Below are positions 9,427-18,452 of a DNA stretch of 64,000 bases, in pieces. Within the stretch, counting starts at the first letter, position 1. Every line of letters starts with the position of its first letter. The notes under the pieces were generated by a model. That model ran no database searches and was not told the origin of the DNA. It saw only the letters and a program-made list of their open reading frames with translations. Source of the stretch: Candidatus Poseidoniaceae archaeon (lineage in GTDB: Archaea > Thermoplasmatota > Poseidoniia > Poseidoniales > Poseidoniaceae); assembly GCA_049438185.1 (NCBI GenBank), contig JBMTJI010000006.1:10859-74858 (forward strand), in the 5' to 3' direction. Position numbers and translations under genes: made by a program.

Positions 9427-11589
9427 TCAAATCCTAGTTGTTTGATTCTTTCTGAATACAACCAGCATGGCTAGGGTCATGACAACGATTGTTGACAACA
9501 CCCCAACCCCTGGAGTCGATTCACTCTCTTGTTTTGTTTGATGCTCTTCAATAGGGACGGTTTTGACCGCTTCTGTATAGACCCCATCCAAACACGTACC
9601 GTCACCAACGATTAATTCCGATTGATTAGAGGATAACACAACGGCCGTACTCGGATCGGAATTCAAATCCTCTTTCTCGTATAATGTAGTCTCAATGGAA
9701 TAACATCCACGGTTCATAGACAGCATCAAATCGTATTGTTCACCACTCGATTGAATGTCTTCCCACCACCATATTCCATTCCATTCACCACTACTGATGT
9801 TCTTGGCAACGATAATGGCAGTGTAGACCGTACCTTGGGCAAGATCCTTCACTTCGGATTGGTACGCATACGTCCATGATGCATCCAAATCATCAGGTGT
9901 GTTTGTAGGGCGGAGATGGTTCAATTGAATCTCTTCATCAACGTCGATAACAGGCGGATTGTATTCTCTCCATAACCAAACCATGTTGCTTTCATGGCGA
10001 CGAGTGTCCTCTCCAACGAGGACACTACCATCATCAAGGACAACGAGATTATCTGGTCCAGCAAGGTTGTTCATGTCACATTGGTATTGATTTGAGGAGA
10101 TGTATGGTCCTCCGATGATGGCGGGGTGAATCCTGTTAACATTCCACAATTCGTTCATCGTCATCTGGTAGACGATCCCGCAAAGGTTGTCTGAAACATC
10201 GATATCACCTTGTCCGTCGGTCATTGCATTGTCGATACTGGACATGGCGAGGTAAAGATTGTCCGGAGCGTTTTGATTAAAACCGACCCCTTCCATTTTG
10301 TTCCACTCATCAGTAGCTCCTATTGCTGCAGCCGCTTTACGGGTTTCAAGGAAAGCTACACGGTCATCCAAGGCATAACCAATGGTCCCATCGTTGTTCA
10401 AATCTTGATTTAGATAATCCTCTGCCCAATTGTTGATTTCTTCATCGGTAATGTACGAGTTTTCTCCTTGAATATAATCAGCAGTTGTTATGCCGTCATA
10501 ATCATCAATCCAACCTTGGATTTCATCGTTTGATGAAGATCCAAGTTCCAGCCATTCGACGTCAAACCCAGTTGAAGCAGAATTGTATGTGGAATCTTGT
10601 GTAACTTTTGCAGAATAAAGCGTACCTTCACTCAAATCACCTGCTGTATCTGCCTCGAATTTGAAGAAGACCGTTTCATAGCCATCATCGGTCAGATAGA
10701 CCGTCTTGTTATCGGGCATGACCAAAGCATTCTCATGTGAAAAACGACCCATAGTAAGGTGTCGTATCAGTTCAGGCGTTGTCGATGTTGCCTGTTCCAT
10801 CTCGATGATGTAACCATAATCGTATGGATTTGGATAATGCCCAAGATACTGCTCAAGGCGTAGTTGGTCTGAGTGATATCGATATCCATCGTTGTTCCAA
10901 TCCTCTGTATCATCAAAGTACAATTCTTCAGAGAACAATGGGGTACTCCAAGGGCTGACACTTCCAAAACAAAGAACCCAAGCTCCATTGATGTCTGAAA
11001 GATTCAACATTTGCTTTGAGAGAACATCCCATTCGCTTGATGATGGATTCCATTCGAGTTCGACTTGGCTGATACCCGCTGGACGATCCTCCCACGCAGT
11101 GTAGAGATATCCGGTGGTTCCATCGGAATTCGTTGGAATAAATGCATTGTAATCGGGTTTTTGACTCAACAAAATCTGTTGGCCGTCGTGTGCTGAGTAA
11201 ATTCCTCCAGCGATTGTACCGTCATCCATTGAATCTCCTGCTTGCAGGAGAACCTGGTAGTCGCCATAACCGGTTCGAATACCATGCCAAATGTCTGAGG
11301 CACTGCTCGATGATGAAAGCGAGGGAACTTCTTCAGGAAGGTTATTCCAGTCCACACCATTGATCACGCCAATTGTGGCATCATAATTGTCCGGATCAGG
11401 ATGCATTGCGTTCACAAAGAAGCGCCCGTTTTCATCGACATACATACCGGTTGCTTCTGCTTCAGGAGGGAGCATAACGATACGAATCATCTGATCTTCC
11501 TCTTCACTTTCTGCGACAACAAGGGGTGAAGAGAACAAACAGACCATCATGCCGACACAAAACAAGGTGAGTAGAGGTCGCATTCGCAT
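9427..11589 (-). CDS. phoX: PhoX/DUF839-family alkaline phosphatase, secreted, with C-terminal membrane anchor
   Basis: Signal peptide; C.GSVSPW..L.SEE, YGYIIE, GRFSHEN, YLTDD, KMEG, PDN and GED motifs; C-terminal TPG-TM-RK tail. Confidence 0.8.
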   Translation of the reverse strand: MRMRPLLTLFCVGMMVCLFSSPLVVAESEEEDQMIRIVMLPPEAEATGMYVDENGRFFVNAMHPDPDNYDATIGVINGVDWNNLPEEVPSLSSSSSASDIWHGIRTGYGDYQVLLQAGDSMDDGTIAGGIYSAHDGQQILLSQKPDYNAFIPTNSDGTTGYLYTAWEDRPAGISQVELEWNPSSSEWDVLSKQMLNLSDINGAWVLCFGSVSPWSTPLFSEELYFDDTEDWNNDGYRYHSDQLRLEQYLGHYPNPYDYGYIIEMEQATSTTPELIRHLTMGRFSHENALVMPDNKTVYLTDDGYETVFFKFEADTAGDLSEGTLYSAKVTQDSTYNSASTGFDVEWLELGSSSNDEIQGWIDDYDGITTADYIQGENSYITDEEINNWAEDYLNQDLNNDGTIGYALDDRVAFLETRKAAAAIGATDEWNKMEGVGFNQNAPDNLYLAMSSIDNAMTDGQGDIDVSDNLCGIVYQMTMNELWNVNRIHPAIIGGPYISSNQYQCDMNNLAGPDNLVVLDDGSVLVGEDTRRHESNMVWLWREYNPPVIDVDEEIQLNHLRPTNTPDDLDASWTYAYQSEVKDLAQGTVYTAIIVAKNISSGEWNGIWWWEDIQSSGEQYDLMLSMNRGCYSIETTLYEKEDLNSDPSTAVVLSSNQSELIVGDGTCLDGVYTEAVKTVPIEEHQTKQESESTPGVGVLSTIVVMTLAMLVVFRKNQTTRI

Positions 11590-11658
11590 GTTGACAACTC
11601 GAACAGGCCTTGCAAAAAGATTCCCTTTCGACCCTTAGATTGGCGAGAGATTTTCGCT

Positions 11659-12366
11659 CTAGTCATGAATCCATTTTTGAACAAGGAATGGGAGAACCTC
11701 TCCTGCCTTCCCCTGAATAAATTCATCAAAAAAGTACACGTTCTCGGGTGGATCGAGATTGACGCCAATGGTATGGGCTCCATGATTTCGTGCCATATGA
11801 AGAAAATTCGCTGCAGGATAGACATTCCCACTTGTTCCAATCGCCACGAACACATCACATTCCGAGAGCGCCTTTTCAATTTCTGGCATCTGCATAGGCA
11901 TCTCATTGAACCAAACGATGTGGGGGCGCAAACGTCCATCACACTGCCTACAATAGAGGAATGCGTCCAAGAGATGTTGGTCCTCCATCAGCGTCTCAAC
12001 AAGCTGACAATCTTCACAACGAAGTTTTGCAAGTTCTCCATGCATGTGAATGAGATTCTTTGAACCAGCACGTTCGTGTAGATCATCCACATTTTGCGTG
12101 ACTAAAAGGAAGTTTTCCAAGTGGTTTTCCAGTTCTTCGAGTGCCAAATGCCCTTGATTTGGTTCAACGTTCAATAGTTGCCGACGTCGTTGCTGATAAA
12201 AATTCCAAACGAGTTCTGGATTCGCTCTCCAACCTTCTGGTGTTGCAACCTCTTCGATTCGATGGTTCTCCCACAATCCGTCCGAATCTCGAAATGTTCG
12301 AATCCCTGACTCGGCACTGATTCCAGCACCAGTCAAGATCACAACTCTGGATTGTTTCGTAATCAT
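11659..12366 (-). CDS. cobB: NAD-dependent protein deacylase (sirtuin)
   Basis: GAGISAESGIRTFR, TQNVDDLHERAG, HG, CxxC..CxxC, RPHIVWF and GTSGNVYPAA; start ATG 12366. Confidence 0.93.
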   Translation of the reverse strand: MITKQSRVVILTGAGISAESGIRTFRDSDGLWENHRIEEVATPEGWRANPELVWNFYQQRRRQLLNVEPNQGHLALEELENHLENFLLVTQNVDDLHERAGSKNLIHMHGELAKLRCEDCQLVETLMEDQHLLDAFLYCRQCDGRLRPHIVWFNEMPMQMPEIEKALSECDVFVAIGTSGNVYPAANFLHMARNHGAHTIGVNLDPPENVYFFDEFIQGKAGEVLPFLVQKWIHD

Positions 12367-12373
12367 GCTATCA

Positions 12374-13078
12374 TCAGTCTGATTTTTTGTGTTCAAATGA
12401 AAAACCATCAAAATCAGTTTGATACACAGGGACTGCGTCAGGATCTTCATCAAAAGCCGGAGGAATGTTCTGCGATTGTTGGGCTTGAGACTGTGCAACA
12501 TTATGTTGCTGATTTGGTTGTTCTGTGGAAGGCGGGATGTATTGCTGGATTGTCGTTTGGTTGGGTTGATAGATGGTTCCATCAGGTTGCTGGAACACCA
12601 CCATTTGTGGAGCCTTTCGCCCAATTGAGAATCCAACAATCAAAAGAATAATTCCCAAGAGGCAACAAAACCCTCCACCACAGAATGCAAATACTGGGCC
12701 GAAGAGGTCATCTGCATCAACGATGACTACATCTCCATCCGCCACGATGTTGTAACTACCAGACACATAGACCTCGATATCCCCGACGTAAGTGTAGCCA
12801 TTAACATCACTCGACTCATCGCAATACGGAATGAAGTATTCATACACGTCATCGGTTACTGAAACGGAATAACTGTAGCAATCGACCTCGCCTTTTGCAT
12901 AGACTTCAAGCCAGCTCGATGAACCATCGAAATTGAAGACCGTACCGTCGGTTTCCGTATCATGCAGAATGTTATCGCTGTTAGGCTCGTACGAATCCAT
13001 CACGACAAGTGAGTAGCCCAAACTGAACAGGGACACCAGCGTTAGTACTCCACCAAAAATGGCTAGCCCTTTGTTCAT
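12374..13078 (-). CDS. Hypothetical membrane protein (2 TM, acidic beta-rich loop, Gln/Pro-rich tail)
   Basis: N-terminal TM, acidic loop, second TM preceded by FCGGGFCC, then a Q/P-rich C-terminus; short gaps to both neighbours. Confidence 0.7.
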   Translation of the reverse strand: MNKGLAIFGGVLTLVSLFSLGYSLVVMDSYEPNSDNILHDTETDGTVFNFDGSSSWLEVYAKGEVDCYSYSVSVTDDVYEYFIPYCDESSDVNGYTYVGDIEVYVSGSYNIVADGDVVIVDADDLFGPVFAFCGGGFCCLLGIILLIVGFSIGRKAPQMVVFQQPDGTIYQPNQTTIQQYIPPSTEQPNQQHNVAQSQAQQSQNIPPAFDEDPDAVPVYQTDFDGFSFEHKKSD

Positions 13079-13087
13079 TTGAACAAC

Positions 13088-14113
13088 TCAGCGAGATGCA
13101 AGGGTAAGGTTCTTCCACATGTCTTCTGGAACTTCCATAGCCAAGCGAAGACCACCCATTGCACCGAGTCGAACAGGGTCATCAACAACGTGAACGTTAA
13201 CATCGCCCATATCAGAGAGTCGACGCTCGATAAGTGCTCCAAGTCCACGGATACCGGATCCGCCACCAGCGAGAACCATGTTTCGTCGGAACTGGTCGTG
13301 GTACTCTGGGTTGGAGTCTGCAATAAGCTGCTTCACATTCTCAACGATTGGATCAACAATCGACTCACAAGCTCGCTGAATGCAATCCGTGATATCGAGA
13401 TTCATTGCCTTACCTTCAATCGAGAAGTCAACCATAACTGGGTCATCCGGAGTGGATGTGGAGACGAAGGAGTACTGTTCCTTCCATCGTCGAGCCATGT
13501 CTTTGGTGATTTGAGCACCGTTGTACTTGGATTGAACTTCTTTGATGATTTGAGCATCAACATAGTCACCAGCGTATCCAGTGTGCATTTGGTCACCTGG
13601 ACCAGGGATTGTACCGTAAACACGGCAAAGATCCGTAGTTCCTGCACCGATGTCGATGACCAGTGTGTGCTCGATCATGTCAAGAGCGTAAGCAACAGCA
13701 AACGGCTCAGAGATAATCATAGCAGCATTAACGCTTCCTGCAGCGGCATCGAAGATAGCGGTCTTGTCGACGTGGCTGGCTTCTGCAGGTGCGCCGATAA
13801 CGGCGACAACACGGTCGTGTTCTTCTGGGTCTGCTAGACCAATCAGGTGGGTAATGAAGTGAGCGATGAATTGGCGGTCTTCAACAGTATCCTTGATGAC
13901 ACCGAGTTCGAGAGGACGGAAAAGGTTCAGTGCTAGCCTGTTCTTCAACGCATCCTCGCCGAAGAGAACATCTCGCTTGAGGAAGTTACGAGCAATTGGA
14001 TCCTTTGGAGTACCAATCACAGTGAGCTCTTCTTCTTCGTGGTTCCCTGAGGAGACCATTACCGAACGAAACGTTCCCAAATCAATTCCAATATACAATA
14101 CATCTTCTGCCAT
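13088..14113 (-). CDS. Actin-like ATPase, MamK/MreB family
   Basis: All actin-fold motifs present: IGIDLGT, SEPFAVA, IDIGAGTTD, VLAGGGSGIRG, GAMGG; N-terminal VIG.PKD and RPLELGV resemble MamK. Confidence 0.88.
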   Translation of the reverse strand: MAEDVLYIGIDLGTFRSVMVSSGNHEEEELTVIGTPKDPIARNFLKRDVLFGEDALKNRLALNLFRPLELGVIKDTVEDRQFIAHFITHLIGLADPEEHDRVVAVIGAPAEASHVDKTAIFDAAAGSVNAAMIISEPFAVAYALDMIEHTLVIDIGAGTTDLCRVYGTIPGPGDQMHTGYAGDYVDAQIIKEVQSKYNGAQITKDMARRWKEQYSFVSTSTPDDPVMVDFSIEGKAMNLDITDCIQRACESIVDPIVENVKQLIADSNPEYHDQFRRNMVLAGGGSGIRGLGALIERRLSDMGDVNVHVVDDPVRLGAMGGLRLAMEVPEDMWKNLTLASR

Positions 14114-14115
14114 AG

Positions 14116-14215
14116 CGTTCGCCAGTTCTACGGAACACCGTCCACTTTATGAAGCATCCCTCGCTCACGTTCGCCATTTTTTGTTGAAAATATACAACAA
14201 ATAAATTCTATAGAA
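14116..14215. promoter_or_regulatory. Promoter region of the actin-like gene with direct and inverted repeats
   Basis: Direct repeat CGTTCGCCA (14116-14124, 14168-14176) flanks minus-strand TTCATAAA (14146-14153); inverted repeat TTTGTTG-N8-CAACAAA (14180-14201); palindrome TTCTATAGAA (14206-14215). Confidence 0.5.
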
Positions 14216-14221
14216 CATCAA

Positions 14222-15238
14222 TTAAAGCCAACTTTCACAAGGTTGACAATACCAAGCCGAGTACTCAGGATAGAGTTCTGCCATCTGGTTGCAATTTGGA
14301 CATTCCTTGAGTGCATTACCCCCGAAGATTTCCTGAACGAGCGCAACATGCTGTTCTTCAGTGACCCCCAATTGTTGGCGCATAACCCACATCATCTGAT
14401 CTTCGCTTGGCGAAATGATACCATCTTCGAGAACCAGAGCGATGACGTTGCGGTAATCATCCAACACATTCACATCTCGGAAGTCGAGTATAACACCACC
14501 CTTCTCTGCGACAATATCTTGGCCGCCTGGATCGTCAACAAACAGAACAAGCGATTCGGGTTTCAACTTATCATCTCGTAATTCGAACGAAATTCGATTT
14601 CCTTCGAGATTGGCATAGACAAGTCGCGATGAGCGGTTGATGACACTGGTAATCGAGCGTGCCGTATCTTCGCTATTGCGACCGCGTTTCCATCCTGTCG
14701 GGCTTCGCTCATTGTAGGCATAGAACTCGGTACCAATACCTGGATATTCAAGACGAATTTCTTCACCACCATCGAAACCATTTGAGACAATGGTCAGTGC
14801 AGCAACTTCGGTTGAAACGAGGTTATCGTCGTCATCAAAACTAATCATGAGTGGCTTTCGATCTTCAGAAGCTGCGTTGAAATGTCCTTGCATCCCACTC
14901 ATCCACTTATCTTCCAATCGCTTGAGTGATTGTTCTTGTTCTTCGGAAAGGTTTGAATTAACTCCTAAGACGCCTTTGAGGTCGCCACGTTCCATTTCTG
15001 CCTTGAATTCTTGAATTAATTCAGAATCACGTCGATGGTTTGGAGGAGGGCCTCTGACCTTTCGAGAAACATGGGATGGATCCGCCCACTCGTAAGAACA
15101 ACGGCTGCAAGAAAGATAACCTTCCATTGTGGACGGCTGACTTTCTCCACCGCATCGAGCGCAATCTCCTTCTTCTTTGATCGAAAGATTGTCAGCCGCC
15201 TCTTTCCTTCCTTTCCGAATGCCACCAAACCCAGCCAT
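14222..15238 (-). CDS. Hypothetical protein with N- and C-terminal Zn-ribbons and a TerB-like helical segment
   Basis: CARC..CSRC at the N-terminus, DGIISPSE...LGV, and CPNC..CQPC at the C-terminus. Confidence 0.65.
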   Translation of the reverse strand: MAGFGGIRKGRKEAADNLSIKEEGDCARCGGESQPSTMEGYLSCSRCSYEWADPSHVSRKVRGPPPNHRRDSELIQEFKAEMERGDLKGVLGVNSNLSEEQEQSLKRLEDKWMSGMQGHFNAASEDRKPLMISFDDDDNLVSTEVAALTIVSNGFDGGEEIRLEYPGIGTEFYAYNERSPTGWKRGRNSEDTARSITSVINRSSRLVYANLEGNRISFELRDDKLKPESLVLFVDDPGGQDIVAEKGGVILDFRDVNVLDDYRNVIALVLEDGIISPSEDQMMWVMRQQLGVTEEQHVALVQEIFGGNALKECPNCNQMAELYPEYSAWYCQPCESWL

Positions 15239-15285
15239 GGATTTGCCACAATACAGACTTTCTATGAAGGCTTCTATCCGAAACT

Positions 15286-16092
15286 TTAGGATTTTGAGAG
15301 TACGGCTTTCAGACCATAATGCATCATGCCATCCTGACCGTAGAGCCTTCTGAACACAAAATCCACACGTTCATCGATCTCCAGTTTTCCTGATTCGTCA
15401 TCTGCCATCATAAAGACACCCTTAGGACCTTCATCAAATTCGACAAGCACGGTCGCAACACCATCCAAAATTGGTGCTCGGTTTGAAAATTCGGAAGGTG
15501 CACCAGCGGCACTGAGACGCGTCCACGTGAGAATTGTAGCCGTTTCAGTCAGTTGCATCCCTTCGGTATCGATACGCTGCCCCATAGCATTGAGTTGCCG
15601 TGGAGGCCAAAGCATTCGCTCACCATCAATTTGGGCTTTCAAACCCAGTCGTGATGGAACCGAGATCGTGTGCTGCGCTTGGGAAACGTAAGCTCCTTGA
15701 CTGACACCTTCAACCTCAATTCTCCATTGATCGTTGAGTTCCGATTGCATGGTTTTGTCGTATTCTTGTGTTTCAAATTTAGGCCAATGTGGCACATCTT
15801 TTGATGGACTAACTGCGACACAGAATGCTTCCTTGTCAGTATGTAAGTACATGCCTGCATTCTCGTCAACAATCCAAGAGGTACTTGCCTCGATGATCGC
15901 TTGCACACTCACGCTTGGCGGATATTCGAGATGCTCCTCGAAACCATTCAGATTGATGGATTCTGCTGGTATCTCCTTCAACAGGGCAATGAGAACAGTC
16001 AATCTGTCGCCGTCTGGTCCCGCCCAGTTTGGACCGTATTGGCTACAAGCCATGTGTTGACTGCCATTGGAAATGATTTGAATTGGCATCAT
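15286..16092 (-). CDS. DUF35/ChsH2-like OB-fold protein, thiolase partner
   Basis: C-terminal OB fold (TILTWT..GAPSEF..VLVEFDEG..V..VFRRLY...YG.K); overlaps the thiolase stop codon. Confidence 0.75.
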   Translation of the reverse strand: MMPIQIISNGSQHMACSQYGPNWAGPDGDRLTVLIALLKEIPAESINLNGFEEHLEYPPSVSVQAIIEASTSWIVDENAGMYLHTDKEAFCVAVSPSKDVPHWPKFETQEYDKTMQSELNDQWRIEVEGVSQGAYVSQAQHTISVPSRLGLKAQIDGERMLWPPRQLNAMGQRIDTEGMQLTETATILTWTRLSAAGAPSEFSNRAPILDGVATVLVEFDEGPKGVFMMADDESGKLEIDERVDFVFRRLYGQDGMMHYGLKAVLSKS

Positions 16093-17258
16093 CTCTCTCT
16101 CCCGAAAACGTGGACTGCGCATGTCGCACCCGAACCACCGACATTGTGTGTCAATCCGATTTCTGCGCCACGTACCTGCCTCTCAGGCTCGACTTGGTGT
16201 CGAAGTTGCTTGAACAATTCAACGGCTTGTCCTGTTCCTGTAGCTCCAAGAGGGTGCCCTTTTGATTTGAGTCCTCCACTGGCATTGATGGTGACGCTTC
16301 CTTCATTCCTTCGACCTTCACCTTCTCGAGCGAACGTTCCTCCAAGTCCACGACCTGCGAATCCGAGATCTTCTGTGGCCAACACTTCAGCGATTGTGAA
16401 ACAATCATGAACTTCGGCCAGGTCTACATCAGATGCAGAGATGCCCGCCGACTTGTAGGCCTTTGCTGCGGCGGATTGCGTCGCTCTCAGTTGCGTGATG
16501 CTTGGCCTGTCATGGAGAGCCAAATGGTCGGAACCCGCACCAGATCCTTTGACCCAAACAGGTGTATCGGTGAACTTGTGTGCTAAGTGATCCGCAACCA
16601 GAATTACAGCAGATGCTCCATCGGACGTTGGGCAGCAGTCATAGAGCGTGAGTGGGTCTGCAACCATAAATCCTGATTGGGCTTTCTCAAACGAGACTTG
16701 TTTCCGAAGATGGGCAACTTCGTTCTCAAAACCGTGCATGTGGTTCTTAACGGAAACATGCACCAAGTCATCGTGTGTTGAATCAAATTCGTGAAAGTAT
16801 CTACGAGCTGTAAGCGCATAGGTTCCAGGGAAGGTCAAGCCTGCAAGACGTTCCCATTCTGTATCACCCGACACTCCGAGCCAGTAGCGTTTCCTTGAGG
16901 CAGACAAGTCGTTCATTTTCTCAATTCCACCTGCAACCACGACGTCGGCTTGACCACTCTTGATGGCCATCCAAGCGTCTCGTAGAGCAAAACCAGACGA
17001 AGCGCAAGCATTCTCGACACGACGGACGCTTACGCCTTCCATACCGGAATGTTCGGTGAGGAGGGCAGCCGTATTCCCTAACTGCGATCCTCCAAAAGCA
17101 ATGCTTCCAATGAAGGCTTCCTCGACATCGGGTGAATCGAACCCGTTATCGACACTTTGAATGGCCTTCTGGATTGCTTCTGCCCACATTCCTTTCAATC
17201 CGAGAGGATGGTTGCCGAATTTCGTTTGGCCTGCACCGACCATTGCCACATCGACCAT
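16089..17258 (-). CDS. Archaeal thiolase (acetyl-CoA C-acetyl/acyltransferase)
   Basis: VENACASS, DCCPTSDGA, EVHDCFT, GHPLGATG and HNVGG motifs; start ATG 17258. Confidence 0.92.
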   Translation of the reverse strand: MVDVAMVGAGQTKFGNHPLGLKGMWAEAIQKAIQSVDNGFDSPDVEEAFIGSIAFGGSQLGNTAALLTEHSGMEGVSVRRVENACASSGFALRDAWMAIKSGQADVVVAGGIEKMNDLSASRKRYWLGVSGDTEWERLAGLTFPGTYALTARRYFHEFDSTHDDLVHVSVKNHMHGFENEVAHLRKQVSFEKAQSGFMVADPLTLYDCCPTSDGASAVILVADHLAHKFTDTPVWVKGSGAGSDHLALHDRPSITQLRATQSAAAKAYKSAGISASDVDLAEVHDCFTIAEVLATEDLGFAGRGLGGTFAREGEGRRNEGSVTINASGGLKSKGHPLGATGTGQAVELFKQLRHQVEPERQVRGAEIGLTHNVGGSGATCAVHVFGRER

Positions 17259-17342
17259 GTTCTCTCCAGATGAATCAAGCATTTGATAGAGTCGGTCAAA
17301 ACACCCGCAGGGTTCATGAATGGGTGTCGATAGGCCACGAAC

Positions 17343-18032
17343 ATGCTGCGCCAATGTAGAAAGCACGGTCACTTTAGTGGCACCAACTGTCCTGTCTGTA
17401 ACGAGGAAGGAAAATTCATCATGAGCGACCGAGAAGCAGGTAGCCTCGGTCGAATGCTTGCTCTTGTTTTGCGACACGCACCGGAGAAGTTCAATGTTGA
17501 AATGGACATCAACGGATGGGTAAGCACACGAGAACTTGCTGACTCCATTTCTGGTCAGCGACGCCACTATCATTGGCTACGTGGATGGCACTTTGAAGCG
17601 ATTGCCAATGCCGATGAAAAGGGTCGATATCAGGTCGAAGGTGAAATGATTCGAGCCACTTATGGTCATTCCATTGAAATCGAACTTGACTTGCCAACCG
17701 ATGAAATTCCAGAGGCATTGTATTGGCCATGTGAACCAAATGAGGCCGATGCTATCGTTCAACTTGGTATCACCTCAGGTACTCGAAACCACATCCACCT
17801 TTCCAAGACAATCGTTAACGCACTCGAAGCAGGTCACGTTCGAATCGATCGTCCTGCCATTATTGAAGTCGATACCGTACGTGCAGTTGCTGATGGACAC
17901 ACGATCTATCGTGCAGGGAAGACTGTCTTCTTGACGGACGAAGTTCCTCCGGAGTATCTCTATCGCGTCGGCGATGACGATCCGATGATTGTTGATACCG
18001 TTGCACGCTGGACTCGAGAAGAAGAAGAGTGA
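17343..18032 (+). CDS. kptA: RNA 2'-phosphotransferase Tpt1/KptA
   Basis: N-terminal C..H...CPVC, LRH, KGRY, IRATYGHS and RNHIHLS motifs. Confidence 0.9.
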   Translation: MLRQCRKHGHFSGTNCPVCNEEGKFIMSDREAGSLGRMLALVLRHAPEKFNVEMDINGWVSTRELADSISGQRRHYHWLRGWHFEAIANADEKGRYQVEGEMIRATYGHSIEIELDLPTDEIPEALYWPCEPNEADAIVQLGITSGTRNHIHLSKTIVNALEAGHVRIDRPAIIEVDTVRAVADGHTIYRAGKTVFLTDEVPPEYLYRVGDDDPMIVDTVARWTREEEE

Positions 18033-18374
18033 TCACTTCGTTGCTCCGCAAGCCGGACAGAAGTCGAGATCGTTCTCGAGAAGTTTACCACATGTTGAGC
18101 AGGTAGATGATCCGAGTAGAATCGCTTGTCCTTTCGTAGCAGGTGGAGCAGGACGTTCCTGCTGAACCTTTGGGTCGACCAAGAGAAGTGGGTCAACGCC
18201 TTGATTTTGCAACTCTTTGTATCGGTTTGCGAAGATAATTGCTTCTTGAATGGATGATTCTAGTTGCAACAGGCGAATGTTTCGCTCAGCTTTGTCAGCA
18301 ATCTCATTGGCTGTCTCAACCTCTGTTTGGAGGTGTCGAAGGAAGGAATCCAGGCTTGGGCCTTCATCGCTCAT
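18033..18374 (-). CDS. Hypothetical coiled-coil protein with C-terminal Zn-ribbon
   Basis: CSTCG...FCPACG; TTCAATAG box ends 21 nt before ATG 18374. Confidence 0.65.
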   Translation of the reverse strand: MSDEGPSLDSFLRHLQTEVETANEIADKAERNIRLLQLESSIQEAIIFANRYKELQNQGVDPLLLVDPKVQQERPAPPATKGQAILLGSSTCSTCGKLLENDLDFCPACGATK

Positions 18375-18452
18375 GGCATCCTCAAACAACGCAGACTATT
18401 GAATCCTGTGTTTTGTAGGCATACTCATGAAGGTCAGATTCTTGGCCATAGC

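Noticed and set aside
13088..14113. Magnetosome island suggested by the MamK-like gene
   Set aside because: No other mam or mms genes are present; the neighbours are housekeeping or unknown genes.
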